NCBI GenBank assembly: GCA_947625015.1 | Contig: CANQMR010000001.1 | Coordinates: 99,624 to 163,623 of the forward strand | Direction of reading: 5' to 3' | DNA length: 64,000 bases | From: an uncultured Lachnospiraceae bacterium | GTDB lineage: Bacteria; Bacillota; Clostridia; Lachnospirales; Lachnospiraceae | In this document: piece after piece, positions 16,899 to 26,378 of the stretch | Layout: each line of letters begins with the position of its first letter | Numbering within the stretch: the first letter of the stretch is position 1 | The notes under the pieces: generated by a model | Databases searched by the model: none | What the model saw: the letters and a program-made list of their open reading frames with translations, nothing else | What the model was told of the DNA's origin: nothing | Position numbers and translations under genes: made by a program

Positions 16899-18053
16899 AT
16901 GAGAAAGGTATCCATATTAGGTTCTACCGGTTCCATTGGAACCCAGACCTTAGATGTGATCAGACACAACGAGGATTTAGAGTTAATTGCTGTTTCTGCC
17001 GGGCGCAATATCACCCTGTTGGAAAAGCAGATTCGGGAGTTCCATCCAAAGTTAGCGGCGGTTTGGGGCAAAGACGATGCACAGGCGCTTCAGACAGCGA
17101 TAGCAGATGTATCGCCTGCCTGTAAGGTAGTCTCCGGCATGGAAGGTCTCATTGAAGTGGCAACGGCGGACCAGGCCGACATTGTAGTGACGGCTGTGGT
17201 GGGAATGATGGGAATTAAGCCTACCATTGCGGCAATCCGGGCGGGAAAGGATATTGGCCTTGCCAATAAGGAAACGTTAGTGACTGCCGGGCATATCATT
17301 ATGCCTATGGCGGAGGAATGTCATGTTTCCATTCTGCCTGTGGACAGCGAACATTCCGCCATTTTTCAATGCCTGAACGGCGAAAAGGGCAACGCCGTTC
17401 ACAAGATTTTGCTGACTGCTTCCGGAGGTCCTTTTCGGGGAATGACCAGGGAAGAACTTTCCGGCGTCACCTTGGAAATGGCGTTAAAACATCCCAACTG
17501 GTCTATGGGAAAGAAGATTACAATTGATTCTGCTACCATGGTAAATAAGGGATTAGAGGTGATCGAAGCCAAATGGCTTTTTGGCGTAGCGCCGTCCCAG
17601 ATTCAGGTGGTTGTCCAGCCCCAGAGCATCATTCATTCCATGGTAGAGTTTGAAGACGGGGCTGTGATGGCGCAGCTTGGCACGCCGGATATGCGGCTTC
17701 CGATTCAATACGCCCTTTACTATCCGAAACGGGTATATTTAGACGGCAAGCGCCTTGATTTTTCGGCTTTGACGGAGATTACCTTCCAGAAACCGGATTT
17801 AGAGACCTTCCTCGGACTAAAATATGCCTATGAGGCGGTTGAAACCGGCGGCAGTATGCCAACGGTACTAAATGCGGCAAATGAGTTGGCGGTGGCTAAG
17901 TTTCTGAATAAAAAAATCAATTTTTTGGAAATCTATGATATGATAAGAGTATGTATGGACCGTCATCAGGTCATTGAAAATCCTACCGTTGACGAGATTT
18001 TAGAGACGGAGCGGTGGGTTTATGAGACGATTGAAAGCAGGTGGACATCATGA
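16899..18053 (+). CDS. dxr: 1-deoxy-D-xylulose 5-phosphate reductoisomerase
   Basis: ILGSTGSIG NADPH motif, LANKE, DSEHSA and NKGLEVIEA. Confidence 0.95.
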   Translation: MRKVSILGSTGSIGTQTLDVIRHNEDLELIAVSAGRNITLLEKQIREFHPKLAAVWGKDDAQALQTAIADVSPACKVVSGMEGLIEVATADQADIVVTAVVGMMGIKPTIAAIRAGKDIGLANKETLVTAGHIIMPMAEECHVSILPVDSEHSAIFQCLNGEKGNAVHKILLTASGGPFRGMTREELSGVTLEMALKHPNWSMGKKITIDSATMVNKGLEVIEAKWLFGVAPSQIQVVVQPQSIIHSMVEFEDGAVMAQLGTPDMRLPIQYALYYPKRVYLDGKRLDFSALTEITFQKPDLETFLGLKYAYEAVETGGSMPTVLNAANELAVAKFLNKKINFLEIYDMIRVCMDRHQVIENPTVDEILETERWVYETIESRWTS

Positions 18054-19111
18054 ATACAATAATTAATGTGATTATAGCTTTGATTGTGTTTAGCGCAATT
18101 ATTTTCTTCCATGAACTGGGGCATTTTCTGCTGGCTAAGAAGAATGGAATTTATGTCAATGAATTTGCTGTGGGAATGGGACCAACCCTTTTGTCCTATA
18201 CCCGCAAGGAAACCAAGTATTCGATTAAGCTGATTCCGATGGGCGGATATTGTATGATGCTTGGCGAGGACGAGGATGTGCAGGATGAACATTCTTTCAG
18301 TACCAAGCCGGTCTGGGCCAGAATTTCCGTAGTCATTGCCGGACCGCTGTTTAATTTTATTCTGGCGTTTTTGTTAAGCATTGTGCTGATTTCTTTTGTC
18401 GGTTACGACTCTCCGCAGATTAGTGATTTTTCTGAAAAAAGCGCGGCGAAAGAGGCCGGGCTGCAGGTTGGAGATGTTATTACCAGTTATAACGGCCACA
18501 GGATATATAATTATCGGGAAATTCTTGTATATAACCAGTTTAACCAGTCCGGAGGAGAGGTTACCCTGACCGTCTCAAGGGATGGAAAAGAACAGGAATA
18601 CCGCTTTCAGCCTACGAAGACAGAAAGCGGTTATGTGATGGGAATCTATTCGGGCGCAAGGCAGAAGGGGAATTTCTTTACCGTCATCAAATATAGTGCC
18701 CTGGAACTTCGCTATTACATTAAGACTACCTTTTTGAGCCTGCAATATCTGGTGACGGGACGGCTGGGGCTTAATAATCTGTCCGGTCCTGTCGGCATTG
18801 TGTCGATGATGAGCGACACCATAGACGAGGCCAAGGAAAGCGCGGAAGGCAATACTTCCCTTGCTATTATCAATGTGGTGCTGAATATGGTGAATTTCTG
18901 TATTTTATTAAGCGCGAATCTGGGCGTAATGAATCTGCTGCCTTTTCCGGCTTTAGACGGGGGAAGGACGCTGATGCTTTTAGTGGAGGCGTTTTTCAAA
19001 AAGAAAATGTCTGCCGACAAGGAGGCGTTAGTCAACACCATTGGATTTATGCTGCTTTTGGGATTAATGGTGATTGTAATGTTTCAGGACATCTTCAAGA
19101 TTATCAAGTAG
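18050..19111 (+). CDS. rseP: RIP (site-2) zinc metalloprotease RseP
   Basis: HELGH in the first TM region, a central PDZ-like segment, and C-terminal NLLPFPALDGG. ATG 18050 overlaps the dxr stop. Confidence 0.9.
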   Translation: MNTIINVIIALIVFSAIIFFHELGHFLLAKKNGIYVNEFAVGMGPTLLSYTRKETKYSIKLIPMGGYCMMLGEDEDVQDEHSFSTKPVWARISVVIAGPLFNFILAFLLSIVLISFVGYDSPQISDFSEKSAAKEAGLQVGDVITSYNGHRIYNYREILVYNQFNQSGGEVTLTVSRDGKEQEYRFQPTKTESGYVMGIYSGARQKGNFFTVIKYSALELRYYIKTTFLSLQYLVTGRLGLNNLSGPVGIVSMMSDTIDEAKESAEGNTSLAIINVVLNMVNFCILLSANLGVMNLLPFPALDGGRTLMLLVEAFFKKKMSADKEALVNTIGFMLLLGLMVIVMFQDIFKIIK

Positions 19112-19150
19112 TGAACGTTCGTGGTAAATGCTATGGAGGAGGTACGGGAT

Positions 19151-20203
19151 ATGCGGGAGAGAACAAGGGTAGTTTCCATTGGTGACAGAGTAATCGGGGG
19201 CGGCAACCCCATTTTAATACAGTCGATGACCAATACAAAGACAGAGGATGTAAAGGCGACGGTGGAGCAGATTTTAAAGCTGGAAAAGGCCGGCTGCGAT
19301 ATTGTGCGTTCCACTGCCAATAATGAGGACGCCGCCAGGGCGTTTGCCGGGATTAAGAAGCAGATTCACATTCCGATTGTGGCGGACATTCATTTTGATT
19401 ATCGTCTGGCAATCCTTTCTATGGAGAACGGGGCGGATAAGATTCGTATTAACCCCGGCAATATCGGGGGTCCGGATAAGATTCGTGAGGTGGTCGAGGC
19501 GGCGAAGACATACGGGGTTCCTATCCGGGTGGGCGTGAACAGCGGTTCTTTAGAAAAGGAGCTGGTAGAGAAATATAAAGGCGTTACAGCCGAGGGAATT
19601 GTGGAAAGCGCATTGGATAAGGTACATATGTTAGAGGAACAGGGATTTGAGGATATTGTAATCAGCATTAAGTCCTCCGACGTCTTAATGTGCGTAAAGG
19701 CCCATGAACTGATTGCGCAAAAGACCAGCTACCCGCTGCATGTGGGGATTACGGAGGCGGGAACCCTAATGCGGGGCAACATCAAATCGGCAATCGGCCT
19801 TGGACTGATTCTTCATCAGGGAATTGGCGATACCATACGGGTGTCTTTAACCGGCGATCCGGTCAACGAGGTCGTGTCGGCCAAATTAATTTTAAAGACC
19901 TTAGGACTTAGGAAAGGCGGTATCGAGGTGGTTTCCTGTCCGACCTGCGGACGGACATCCATTGATTTAATCGGTCTGGCAAACCAGGTGGAAAACCTTG
20001 CGGCAGATTATGAGAATCTTAATATTAAGATTGCCGTTATGGGCTGTGTGGTAAACGGACCGGGAGAGGCAAAGGAGGCGGACATTGGAATTGCCGGGGG
20101 CAAGGGAGAAGGCCTGCTGATAAAAAAGGGTGAGATTATACGAAAGGTTCCGGAAAATGAACTTTTAAACGCGTTGGAGACTGAATTACAGAATTGGGGA
20201 TAA
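19151..20203 (+). CDS. ispG: 4-hydroxy-3-methylbut-2-enyl diphosphate synthase
   Basis: IQSMTNT, RINPGN, and Fe-S cysteines CPTCGR...GCVVNGPGE. ATG 19151 lies 8 nt after GGAGGAGG. Confidence 0.93.
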   Translation: MRERTRVVSIGDRVIGGGNPILIQSMTNTKTEDVKATVEQILKLEKAGCDIVRSTANNEDAARAFAGIKKQIHIPIVADIHFDYRLAILSMENGADKIRINPGNIGGPDKIREVVEAAKTYGVPIRVGVNSGSLEKELVEKYKGVTAEGIVESALDKVHMLEEQGFEDIVISIKSSDVLMCVKAHELIAQKTSYPLHVGITEAGTLMRGNIKSAIGLGLILHQGIGDTIRVSLTGDPVNEVVSAKLILKTLGLRKGGIEVVSCPTCGRTSIDLIGLANQVENLAADYENLNIKIAVMGCVVNGPGEAKEADIGIAGGKGEGLLIKKGEIIRKVPENELLNALETELQNWG

Positions 20204-20218
20204 ATGGGAGCATAGATT

Positions 20219-23200
20219 ATGGCGGATAGAGCAGAAAAGAAAAAATTTTTTGATGTCTTTCCGGGATTTACTTGTCCTGCTGGTTTGGAAGACCTGCTTG
20301 AGCAGGTTTTTATTACTGCGGCAACCTTAAAGAAATCAGAAAAGAAACTTAAATTTACCATTGAGAGCAGAAATATCATCGAGAAAAAAGATATATATGC
20401 GTTGGAAGAAGCCTTAGGCCAGTTTGTCTCCCAGGGCAGGATGCGGGTAAAGCTGGTGGAACACTATTATTTGTCGGAACAGTATGACGTTGACAAGTTG
20501 ACGGATTTGTATAAAGACAGTCTGCTTTTTGAGCTGCAACAGGAATCTTCCGTACTTTACCGGCTGGTTAAAAATGCGGAATGGTACATAAACGGCAATA
20601 TAATCACTTTGACCTTAGACGATAATTTTCTTGCCAAGAACCGTTCCGAGGAGATTAAAAACTATCTGGAGAGCCTTTACCTTGAACGCTTTGGATATGA
20701 GATTCAGGTCGGCTTTGATTATACCGAAGAGCAGAAGGAGTCTATCCGGCGCGCCAATGAGCACAAGCTGAATTTAGAGGTGCACAGGATAATGGAGCAG
20801 GTGGGGGCCGGACAGGAGAAACAGGACGGTGTTGCTAAAGAGGAAAAGGGCAGCGACGGAACGGCGCATCAAAAAGGGAAAGCGAAGGAGGCAGGAAAAA
20901 CAGCCCCTAAGCAGGAACAAAAGGCGAGGGATGGCGGCAACCGTCCCGGCGGATATTCCGCATATACGAAGAACCGCATATCTGATCCAGAGGTTATCTA
21001 TGGCAGAAATGTAGAGGGTGAGGAGATAGTTATCTCTGAGATTACCGAGGGAGTCGGAGATGTTGTGGTGCGGGGACAGATTTTCGAGTTAGAGGAGAGG
21101 GAGCTTCGGAACGGAAAGCTGCTGATTACCTTTTCCATTACCGATTTCACAGATTCTATTGGCGGGAAAATATTTGTTTCCAAAGAGGACTGGGATATCT
21201 TAAAGGCGGATTTTAAGGCGCAGCAGTTTTACCGGATTAAGGGCGTTCCCGTCTATGACGCCTACGCTAAGGAGATTACCTTGAACAATATCGGCGGAAT
21301 CAAGGCTATACCGGATTACAGGGAAAAACGGATGGACAACTCCCTGGAAAAACGGGTGGAATTGCATATGCACACAGTCTATAGCGATAATGACAGCGTA
21401 GTGGATGTAGGAAAGATTATCGCCCGGGCAAAAGAGTGGGGCCATTCGGCCATTGCCATTACAGACCATGGCGTGGCGCAGGCATTTCCTGTGGCAAATC
21501 ACTGCATAAAAAAGGACGATCCTTTTAAGATTATCTACGGCGTGGAAGGCTATTTTGTAGATGATTTGAAGGATTTTGTGGTAAGGTCAAAGGGACAGGA
21601 CTTTGACGGCAGTTTTGTGGTGTTTGACATTGAGACCACAGGGCTGAATCCCAAATTTTGTAAGATTATAGAGATTGGCGCAGTGAAGATTGAGGGCGGA
21701 GAGGTGACCGATACCTTTTCCTGCTTTGTAAATCCCGAGATGCCCATTCCCTATCACATTACCAAGCTGACCTCCATTACAGACGATATGGTTTTAGAAG
21801 CGGATTCCATTGAGACTGTGTTGCCGGCCTTTTTAGCGTTTGTCGGCGATAGCGTGCTGGTTGCCCACAATGCGGGCTTTGACACAGGATTTATCCGTAA
21901 ATTTGCCAATGACTTGGGAAGAAAGCTGGAAAATACAATTTTAGACACTATGACGCTGGCTCATGTGTTATGTCCGGAACTTGGAAAATACACATTGGAC
22001 CGGGTGTGCAAATATTTAAAGATTAAACTGGAAAATCATCACCGGGCCGTAGATGATGCGGCGGCGACGGCAGAGATTTTTAAGCGTTTTATTCCGCTGA
22101 TGCGGGAACATGGGATTACCAATGTAGATGACCTGAATACTTTTGGTGAGGCTTCGCCGGAGACTATTAAAAAATCCACCAGATACCATGGCATTATCCT
22201 CGCCAAAAATGAGATTGGCAGGGTAAACCTAAACCGGCTGATTTCCGAATCCCATGTTAAATATTTTAACAAGCGGCCGATTATGCCAAAGAGCCTGATT
22301 AGTAAATACCGGGAGGGGTTGATCTTAGGCTCTGCCTGCGAGGCCGGAGAATTGTTCCGGGCAGTGGCGGAGGATGCTTCGGAGGAGGAGATTGACCGGA
22401 TTGTGCAGTTTTATGATTATCTGGAAATCCAGCCTATCGGCAACAACGCCTTTATGAAGGGGGAGGACCGGTACCCTGATATCAATACAGACGAGGATTT
22501 ACAGGAGTTAAACCGCAGGATTGTCAAGTTAGGGGAGACCTATGGAAAGCCTGTAGCGGCCACCTGTGACGTGCATTTTTTAGATCCGGAGGACAGCATT
22601 TACCGGGCGGTTTTAATGGCGGCTAAGGGCTTTAAGGATGCGGATAACCAATCGCCTTTATTTTTCCGCACCACAGAGGAAATGCTGAAAGAATTTGAAT
22701 ATTTAGGCAGCGATAAGGCCCATGAGGTGGTGATTGAAAATACCAACCGGATTGCGGATATGATCGAAAAGATTGAGCCGGTCAGTCCGGATAAATGTCC
22801 GCCGGTGATTGAGGATTCGGATAATACCCTGCGGAAAATCTGTTATGATAAAGCCCATGAGATTTACGGGCCTAATCTGCCGGAGCAGGTGACCAGTCGG
22901 TTAGAAAAGGAACTGACTTCCATTATCGGCAACGGATATGCGGTTATGTATATCATTGCGCAGAAGCTGGTGTGGGATTCCAACGACCATGGTTATTTGG
23001 TGGGCTCCAGGGGTTCCGTCGGTTCTTCCTTTGTGGCTACCATGGCGGGCATTACAGAGGTCAATCCCCTGTCCGCCCATTATATCTGTCCCGAATGTCA
23101 TTATGTGGATTTTGATTCGGATTTGGTAAAGAGCTATTCCGGAAGTTCCGGCTGCGATATGCCGGACCGGGTTTGTCCGAAATGTGGCGCGCCGCTTAAG

Positions 23201-24691
23201 AAGGAGGGGCATGACATTCCCTTTGAGACATTCTTAGGATTTTACGGGGATAAGGAGCCGGATATTGATTTGAATTTTTCCGGAGAGTATCAGGCCAACG
23301 CCCATGCCTATACAGAGGAGCTTTTTGGCAAGGGACACGCCTTTCGCGCGGGAACCATTGGCACCATTGCAGAAAAGACGGCGCAGCAGTTAGTGTATAA
23401 ATATTATGAGGAGCGAGGGATTCACAAGCGGAAATGCGAGGAACGGCGGATTGCCCTGGGGTGTACCGGAGTAAAGCGGACCACCGGGCAGCATCCGGGC
23501 GGTATGGTAGTGGTTCCGCGGGATAGGGAGATTTATGAGTTTACCGCTATTCAGAAACCGGCCAATGATGTGAAGACCAATATTATTACCACGCATTTTG
23601 AGTATCATTCCATTGACGCGAATCTGCTGAAGCTCGATATATTAGGCCATGATGATCCCACCATTATCCGAAGACTTGAGGATTTGACCGGCGTAGATGC
23701 AAAGACCATTGCCCTAGATGACAAGGAGGTTATGTCCTTGTTCCACAGTCCGGAGGTACTGGGGATTACCCCGGAGGATATCGGCGGGATTCCAACCGGT
23801 TCTTTGGGCGTACCGGAGTTTGGCACCGAGTTTGTTATCCAGATGCTGGTGGATACGAAACCGAAGAATTTCTCGGATTTGGTCCGCATTTCCGGGTTAT
23901 CCCATGGTACGGATGTGTGGCTCGGCAATGCGCAGACATTAATTGAAGAAGGAAAAACAGAGCTTTCCGGCGCTATCTGCTGCCGTGATGATATTATGGT
24001 GTATTTAATCCATATGGGATTAGAGCCGGGGCTGGCCTTTAAGATTATGGAGAGCGTCCGGAAAGGCAAGGGATTGAAGCCGGAGATGGAAGAGGAAATG
24101 AAGAAACACGACATTCCCGACTGGTACATCTGGTCCTGCAAAAAGATAAAATATATGTTCCCGAAAGCCCATGCGGCGGCCTATGTCATGATGGCATGGC
24201 GGATTGCCTGGTTCAAGGTCAATTATCCGCTGGCTTATTATGCGGCATATTTTAGTATCCGGGCAAAGGCGTTTAACTATGATACCATGTGTCGGGGTAG
24301 GGAACACTTAGAGCAGTGCATGAAAGAAATTTTGGCAAAGCCCAAGGAGGAGCGCTCCGGCGCAGAGGAGGACGCTCTTAAGGATATGCGGATTGTACAG
24401 GAAATGTACGCCAGAGGTTATGAGTTTATGCCCATTGATATCTACCGGGCAGATGACGTCAACTGTCAGGTTATTGACGGAAAGATTATGCCGCCTTTGG
24501 ATTCTGTGGACGGCGTGGCGGGAATTGCTGCCGCGCAGATTAAGGAGGCGGCTAAGGCGGGACCGTTTATCTCTAAGGACGAGCTGCGGGAGAGGGCGAA
24601 GATTGGCAAGTCTACCATAGAAAAGATGAGCCAGTTAGGGCTGCTTGACGGGCTGCCGGAGTCCAGCCAGTTGAGTATTTTTGATTTGTAA
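20219..24691 (+). CDS. polC: DNA polymerase III PolC-type
   Basis: 1490 aa. PHP domain (HMHTVYSD), inserted DEDDh exonuclease (FVVFDIETTG), zinc finger CPECH...CPKCG, and pol III alpha core. Confidence 0.97.
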   Translation: MADRAEKKKFFDVFPGFTCPAGLEDLLEQVFITAATLKKSEKKLKFTIESRNIIEKKDIYALEEALGQFVSQGRMRVKLVEHYYLSEQYDVDKLTDLYKDSLLFELQQESSVLYRLVKNAEWYINGNIITLTLDDNFLAKNRSEEIKNYLESLYLERFGYEIQVGFDYTEEQKESIRRANEHKLNLEVHRIMEQVGAGQEKQDGVAKEEKGSDGTAHQKGKAKEAGKTAPKQEQKARDGGNRPGGYSAYTKNRISDPEVIYGRNVEGEEIVISEITEGVGDVVVRGQIFELEERELRNGKLLITFSITDFTDSIGGKIFVSKEDWDILKADFKAQQFYRIKGVPVYDAYAKEITLNNIGGIKAIPDYREKRMDNSLEKRVELHMHTVYSDNDSVVDVGKIIARAKEWGHSAIAITDHGVAQAFPVANHCIKKDDPFKIIYGVEGYFVDDLKDFVVRSKGQDFDGSFVVFDIETTGLNPKFCKIIEIGAVKIEGGEVTDTFSCFVNPEMPIPYHITKLTSITDDMVLEADSIETVLPAFLAFVGDSVLVAHNAGFDTGFIRKFANDLGRKLENTILDTMTLAHVLCPELGKYTLDRVCKYLKIKLENHHRAVDDAAATAEIFKRFIPLMREHGITNVDDLNTFGEASPETIKKSTRYHGIILAKNEIGRVNLNRLISESHVKYFNKRPIMPKSLISKYREGLILGSACEAGELFRAVAEDASEEEIDRIVQFYDYLEIQPIGNNAFMKGEDRYPDINTDEDLQELNRRIVKLGETYGKPVAATCDVHFLDPEDSIYRAVLMAAKGFKDADNQSPLFFRTTEEMLKEFEYLGSDKAHEVVIENTNRIADMIEKIEPVSPDKCPPVIEDSDNTLRKICYDKAHEIYGPNLPEQVTSRLEKELTSIIGNGYAVMYIIAQKLVWDSNDHGYLVGSRGSVGSSFVATMAGITEVNPLSAHYICPECHYVDFDSDLVKSYSGSSGCDMPDRVCPKCGAPLKKEGHDIPFETFLGFYGDKEPDIDLNFSGEYQANAHAYTEELFGKGHAFRAGTIGTIAEKTAQQLVYKYYEERGIHKRKCEERRIALGCTGVKRTTGQHPGGMVVVPRDREIYEFTAIQKPANDVKTNIITTHFEYHSIDANLLKLDILGHDDPTIIRRLEDLTGVDAKTIALDDKEVMSLFHSPEVLGITPEDIGGIPTGSLGVPEFGTEFVIQMLVDTKPKNFSDLVRISGLSHGTDVWLGNAQTLIEEGKTELSGAICCRDDIMVYLIHMGLEPGLAFKIMESVRKGKGLKPEMEEEMKKHDIPDWYIWSCKKIKYMFPKAHAAAYVMMAWRIAWFKVNYPLAYYAAYFSIRAKAFNYDTMCRGREHLEQCMKEILAKPKEERSGAEEDALKDMRIVQEMYARGYEFMPIDIYRADDVNCQVIDGKIMPPLDSVDGVAGIAAAQIKEAAKAGPFISKDELRERAKIGKSTIEKMSQLGLLDGLPESSQLSIFDL

Positions 24692-24713
24692 AGTATATAT
24701 TAGTTTTAAACAT

Positions 24714-24749
24714 ATGCAGGGTAACGGATTCTACTTCGTTGCCCTGCAT
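24714..24749 (+). terminator. terminator-like hairpin after polC (no U-tract)
   Basis: ATGCAGGGTAAC-N12-GTTGCCCTGCAT, 12 bp with one G-U pair. It is followed by ACTGGTGG rather than a T-run. Confidence 0.35.
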
Positions 24750-24804
24750 ACTGGTGGGCAGGAACACGCAGTCTATAAAAAATACACATTTTTCAAAAAA
24801 GTGC

Positions 24805-24833
24805 TTGCTTTTTTATAAAACATTTGCTATACT
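24805..24833 (+). promoter_or_regulatory. sigma-A-type promoter TTGCTT-17-TATACT for tRNA-Glu
   Basis: -35 at 24805-24810, 17-nt spacer, -10 at 24828-24833, 19 nt before the tRNA 5' end. Confidence 0.6.
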
Positions 24834-24852
24834 AAGCAAGTCGCAACGACAA

Positions 24853-24924
24853 GGCCAATTGGTCAAGCGGTTAAGACGCCGCCCTCTCACGGCGGAAACA
24901 GGGGTTCGATTCCCCTATTGGCTG
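24853..24924 (+). tRNA. tRNA-Glu (anticodon CTC)
   Basis: Hand-folded cloverleaf: acceptor GGCCAAT/ATTGGCT, anticodon stem CCGCC/GGCGG with loop CTCTCAC, T-arm AGGGG-TTCGATT-CCCCT. No encoded CCA. Confidence 0.9.
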
Positions 24925-24997
24925 TTTTTGTTTAACTTGAAGTTCTACCTGTAACAAGGTGGGACTTTCTTAATTTACAGGGAAGCGAGGAAAGAAA

Positions 24998-26221
24998 ATG
25001 ACGATTTATGATGAATTAGTGGCAAGAGGATTAATTGCCCAGGTAACGGACGAGGACGAGATTAAGGATTTGATAAATAACGGTAAGGCTGTATTTTATA
25101 TTGGTTTTGATCCTACGGCGGACAGCCTGCATGTCGGGCATTTTATGGCGTTGTGTCTAATGAAACGTCTTCAGCAGGCGGGCAATAAACCCATTGCCTT
25201 AATCGGCGGGGGAACCGCTATGATCGGAGATCCCTCCGGGCGGACGGACATGCGGCAGATGATGACAAGGGAAACCATTCAGCATAACTGCGACTGTTTT
25301 AAGGAGCAGATGAGCAAATTTATTGATTTCTCAGACGGCAAGGCGTTGATGGTAAACAATGCGGACTGGTTGATGGACCTGAATTATATTGATGTGCTGC
25401 GGGAGGTAGGGCCGCATTTTTCTGTCAACCGTATGCTGACGGCGGAGTGCTACAAGCAGAGAATGGAGAGAGGGTTAAGCTTTTTAGAGTTTAACTATAT
25501 GATTATGCAGAGCTATGATTTTTATGCCCTGTTCCAGAAATACGGCTGCAACATGCAGTTTGGCGGAGACGACCAGTGGAGCAATATGCTGGGGGGAACG
25601 GAGTTAATCCGGAGAAAGTTAGGGAAAGATGCTTACGCGATGACCATTACCCTGCTCTTAAATTCCGAGGGCAAGAAGATGGGAAAGACGCAGTCCGGCG
25701 CAGTATGGCTTGATCCGAAGAAGACATCGCCCTTTGATTTTTATCAGTACTGGAGAAATGTGGGTGACGCGGATGTGCTGAAATGTATCCGTATGCTGAC
25801 CTTCCTGCCTTTAGAGCAAATTGACGAGATGGATAGCTGGGAGGGCAGCCAGTTAAATCAGGCAAAGGAAATTCTTGCCTATGAGCTGACGAAGCTGGTT
25901 CATGGAGAAGAGGAGGCGGTAAAGGCACAGGAGAGCGCCAGAGCCTTATTTAGCGGCGGCAATGCAGCCAATATGCCTACCACTACCCTGACTGCGGCAG
26001 ATTTTAACGAGGAGGGAAAATTAGGCGTCCTTGACTTAATGGTAAAGGCGGAGCTTGTCACCTCCAAGGCAGAGGCGAGACGGGCGGTACAGCAAGGCGG
26101 CGTGACCGTAAACGGGGAAAAGGTCAATGATCCTTTTACCGCCTATGTGATAGAGGATTTTGCAGAGGACTTTGTGTTGAAACGCGGAAAGAAGAATTTC
26201 CGAAAGATTGTGGTGGAATAA
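24998..26221 (+). CDS. tyrS: tyrosine--tRNA ligase
   Basis: HIGH-type motif LHVGH, KMSKS-type motif KKMGKT, C-terminal S4-like domain. Confidence 0.95.
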   Translation: MTIYDELVARGLIAQVTDEDEIKDLINNGKAVFYIGFDPTADSLHVGHFMALCLMKRLQQAGNKPIALIGGGTAMIGDPSGRTDMRQMMTRETIQHNCDCFKEQMSKFIDFSDGKALMVNNADWLMDLNYIDVLREVGPHFSVNRMLTAECYKQRMERGLSFLEFNYMIMQSYDFYALFQKYGCNMQFGGDDQWSNMLGGTELIRRKLGKDAYAMTITLLLNSEGKKMGKTQSGAVWLDPKKTSPFDFYQYWRNVGDADVLKCIRMLTFLPLEQIDEMDSWEGSQLNQAKEILAYELTKLVHGEEEAVKAQESARALFSGGNAANMPTTTLTAADFNEEGKLGVLDLMVKAELVTSKAEARRAVQQGGVTVNGEKVNDPFTAYVIEDFAEDFVLKRGKKNFRKIVVE

Positions 26222-26338
26222 AGACCTGTAAAGGGACCCATCCGCATTGTGGGAGCTTTTGAAGGATATGCGTTCTTAAGACGGGAATTTGAGGAAAAGT
26301 GTGGTGACAGGATAAAGTATTGTTACCAGAATAGTTTC

Positions 26339-26375
26339 CAGGGAGATAAAAATTATTATTATCTCCCTGGTTTTT
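26339..26375 (+). terminator. rho-independent terminator of tyrS
   Basis: CCAGGGAGATAA-N8-TTATCTCCCTGG followed by TTTTT. Confidence 0.85.
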
Positions 26376-26378
26376 ATA

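Noticed and set aside
16868-17125. 85-aa + strand ORF overlapping the dxr start in another frame; also 60545-60823 and 60627-60827 overlapping the rpmA-obg junction
   Set aside because: They are out of frame with strongly supported genes. They are Arg/Gly/Cys-rich translations typical of off-frame reading of GC-rich codons.
23605-24141. 178-aa antisense ORF inside polC, with similar ones at 47238-47768 (dpaB), 52214-52783 (UPF0210), 49954-50418 (MATE) and 12740-13087 (bactofilin acidic region)
   Set aside because: Each lies fully within a confidently identified gene on the opposite strand. The sequences are low complexity, consistent with codon-bias shadow frames.
24739-24954. 71-aa ORF spanning tRNA-Glu, and a 90-aa minus ORF (49824-50096) spanning tRNA-Pro
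   Set aside because: The sequence is explained by the tRNA genes and their promoter and terminator regions. No RBS is present.
24692-24997. T-box leader for tyrS
   Set aside because: I looked for the specifier hairpin, AGAGA/AGUA boxes and the GGUGGNACCGCG T-box sequence. Only CTGGTGGGCAGG is present, which does not fit, and the available space is too short. The absence is reported as a finding instead.
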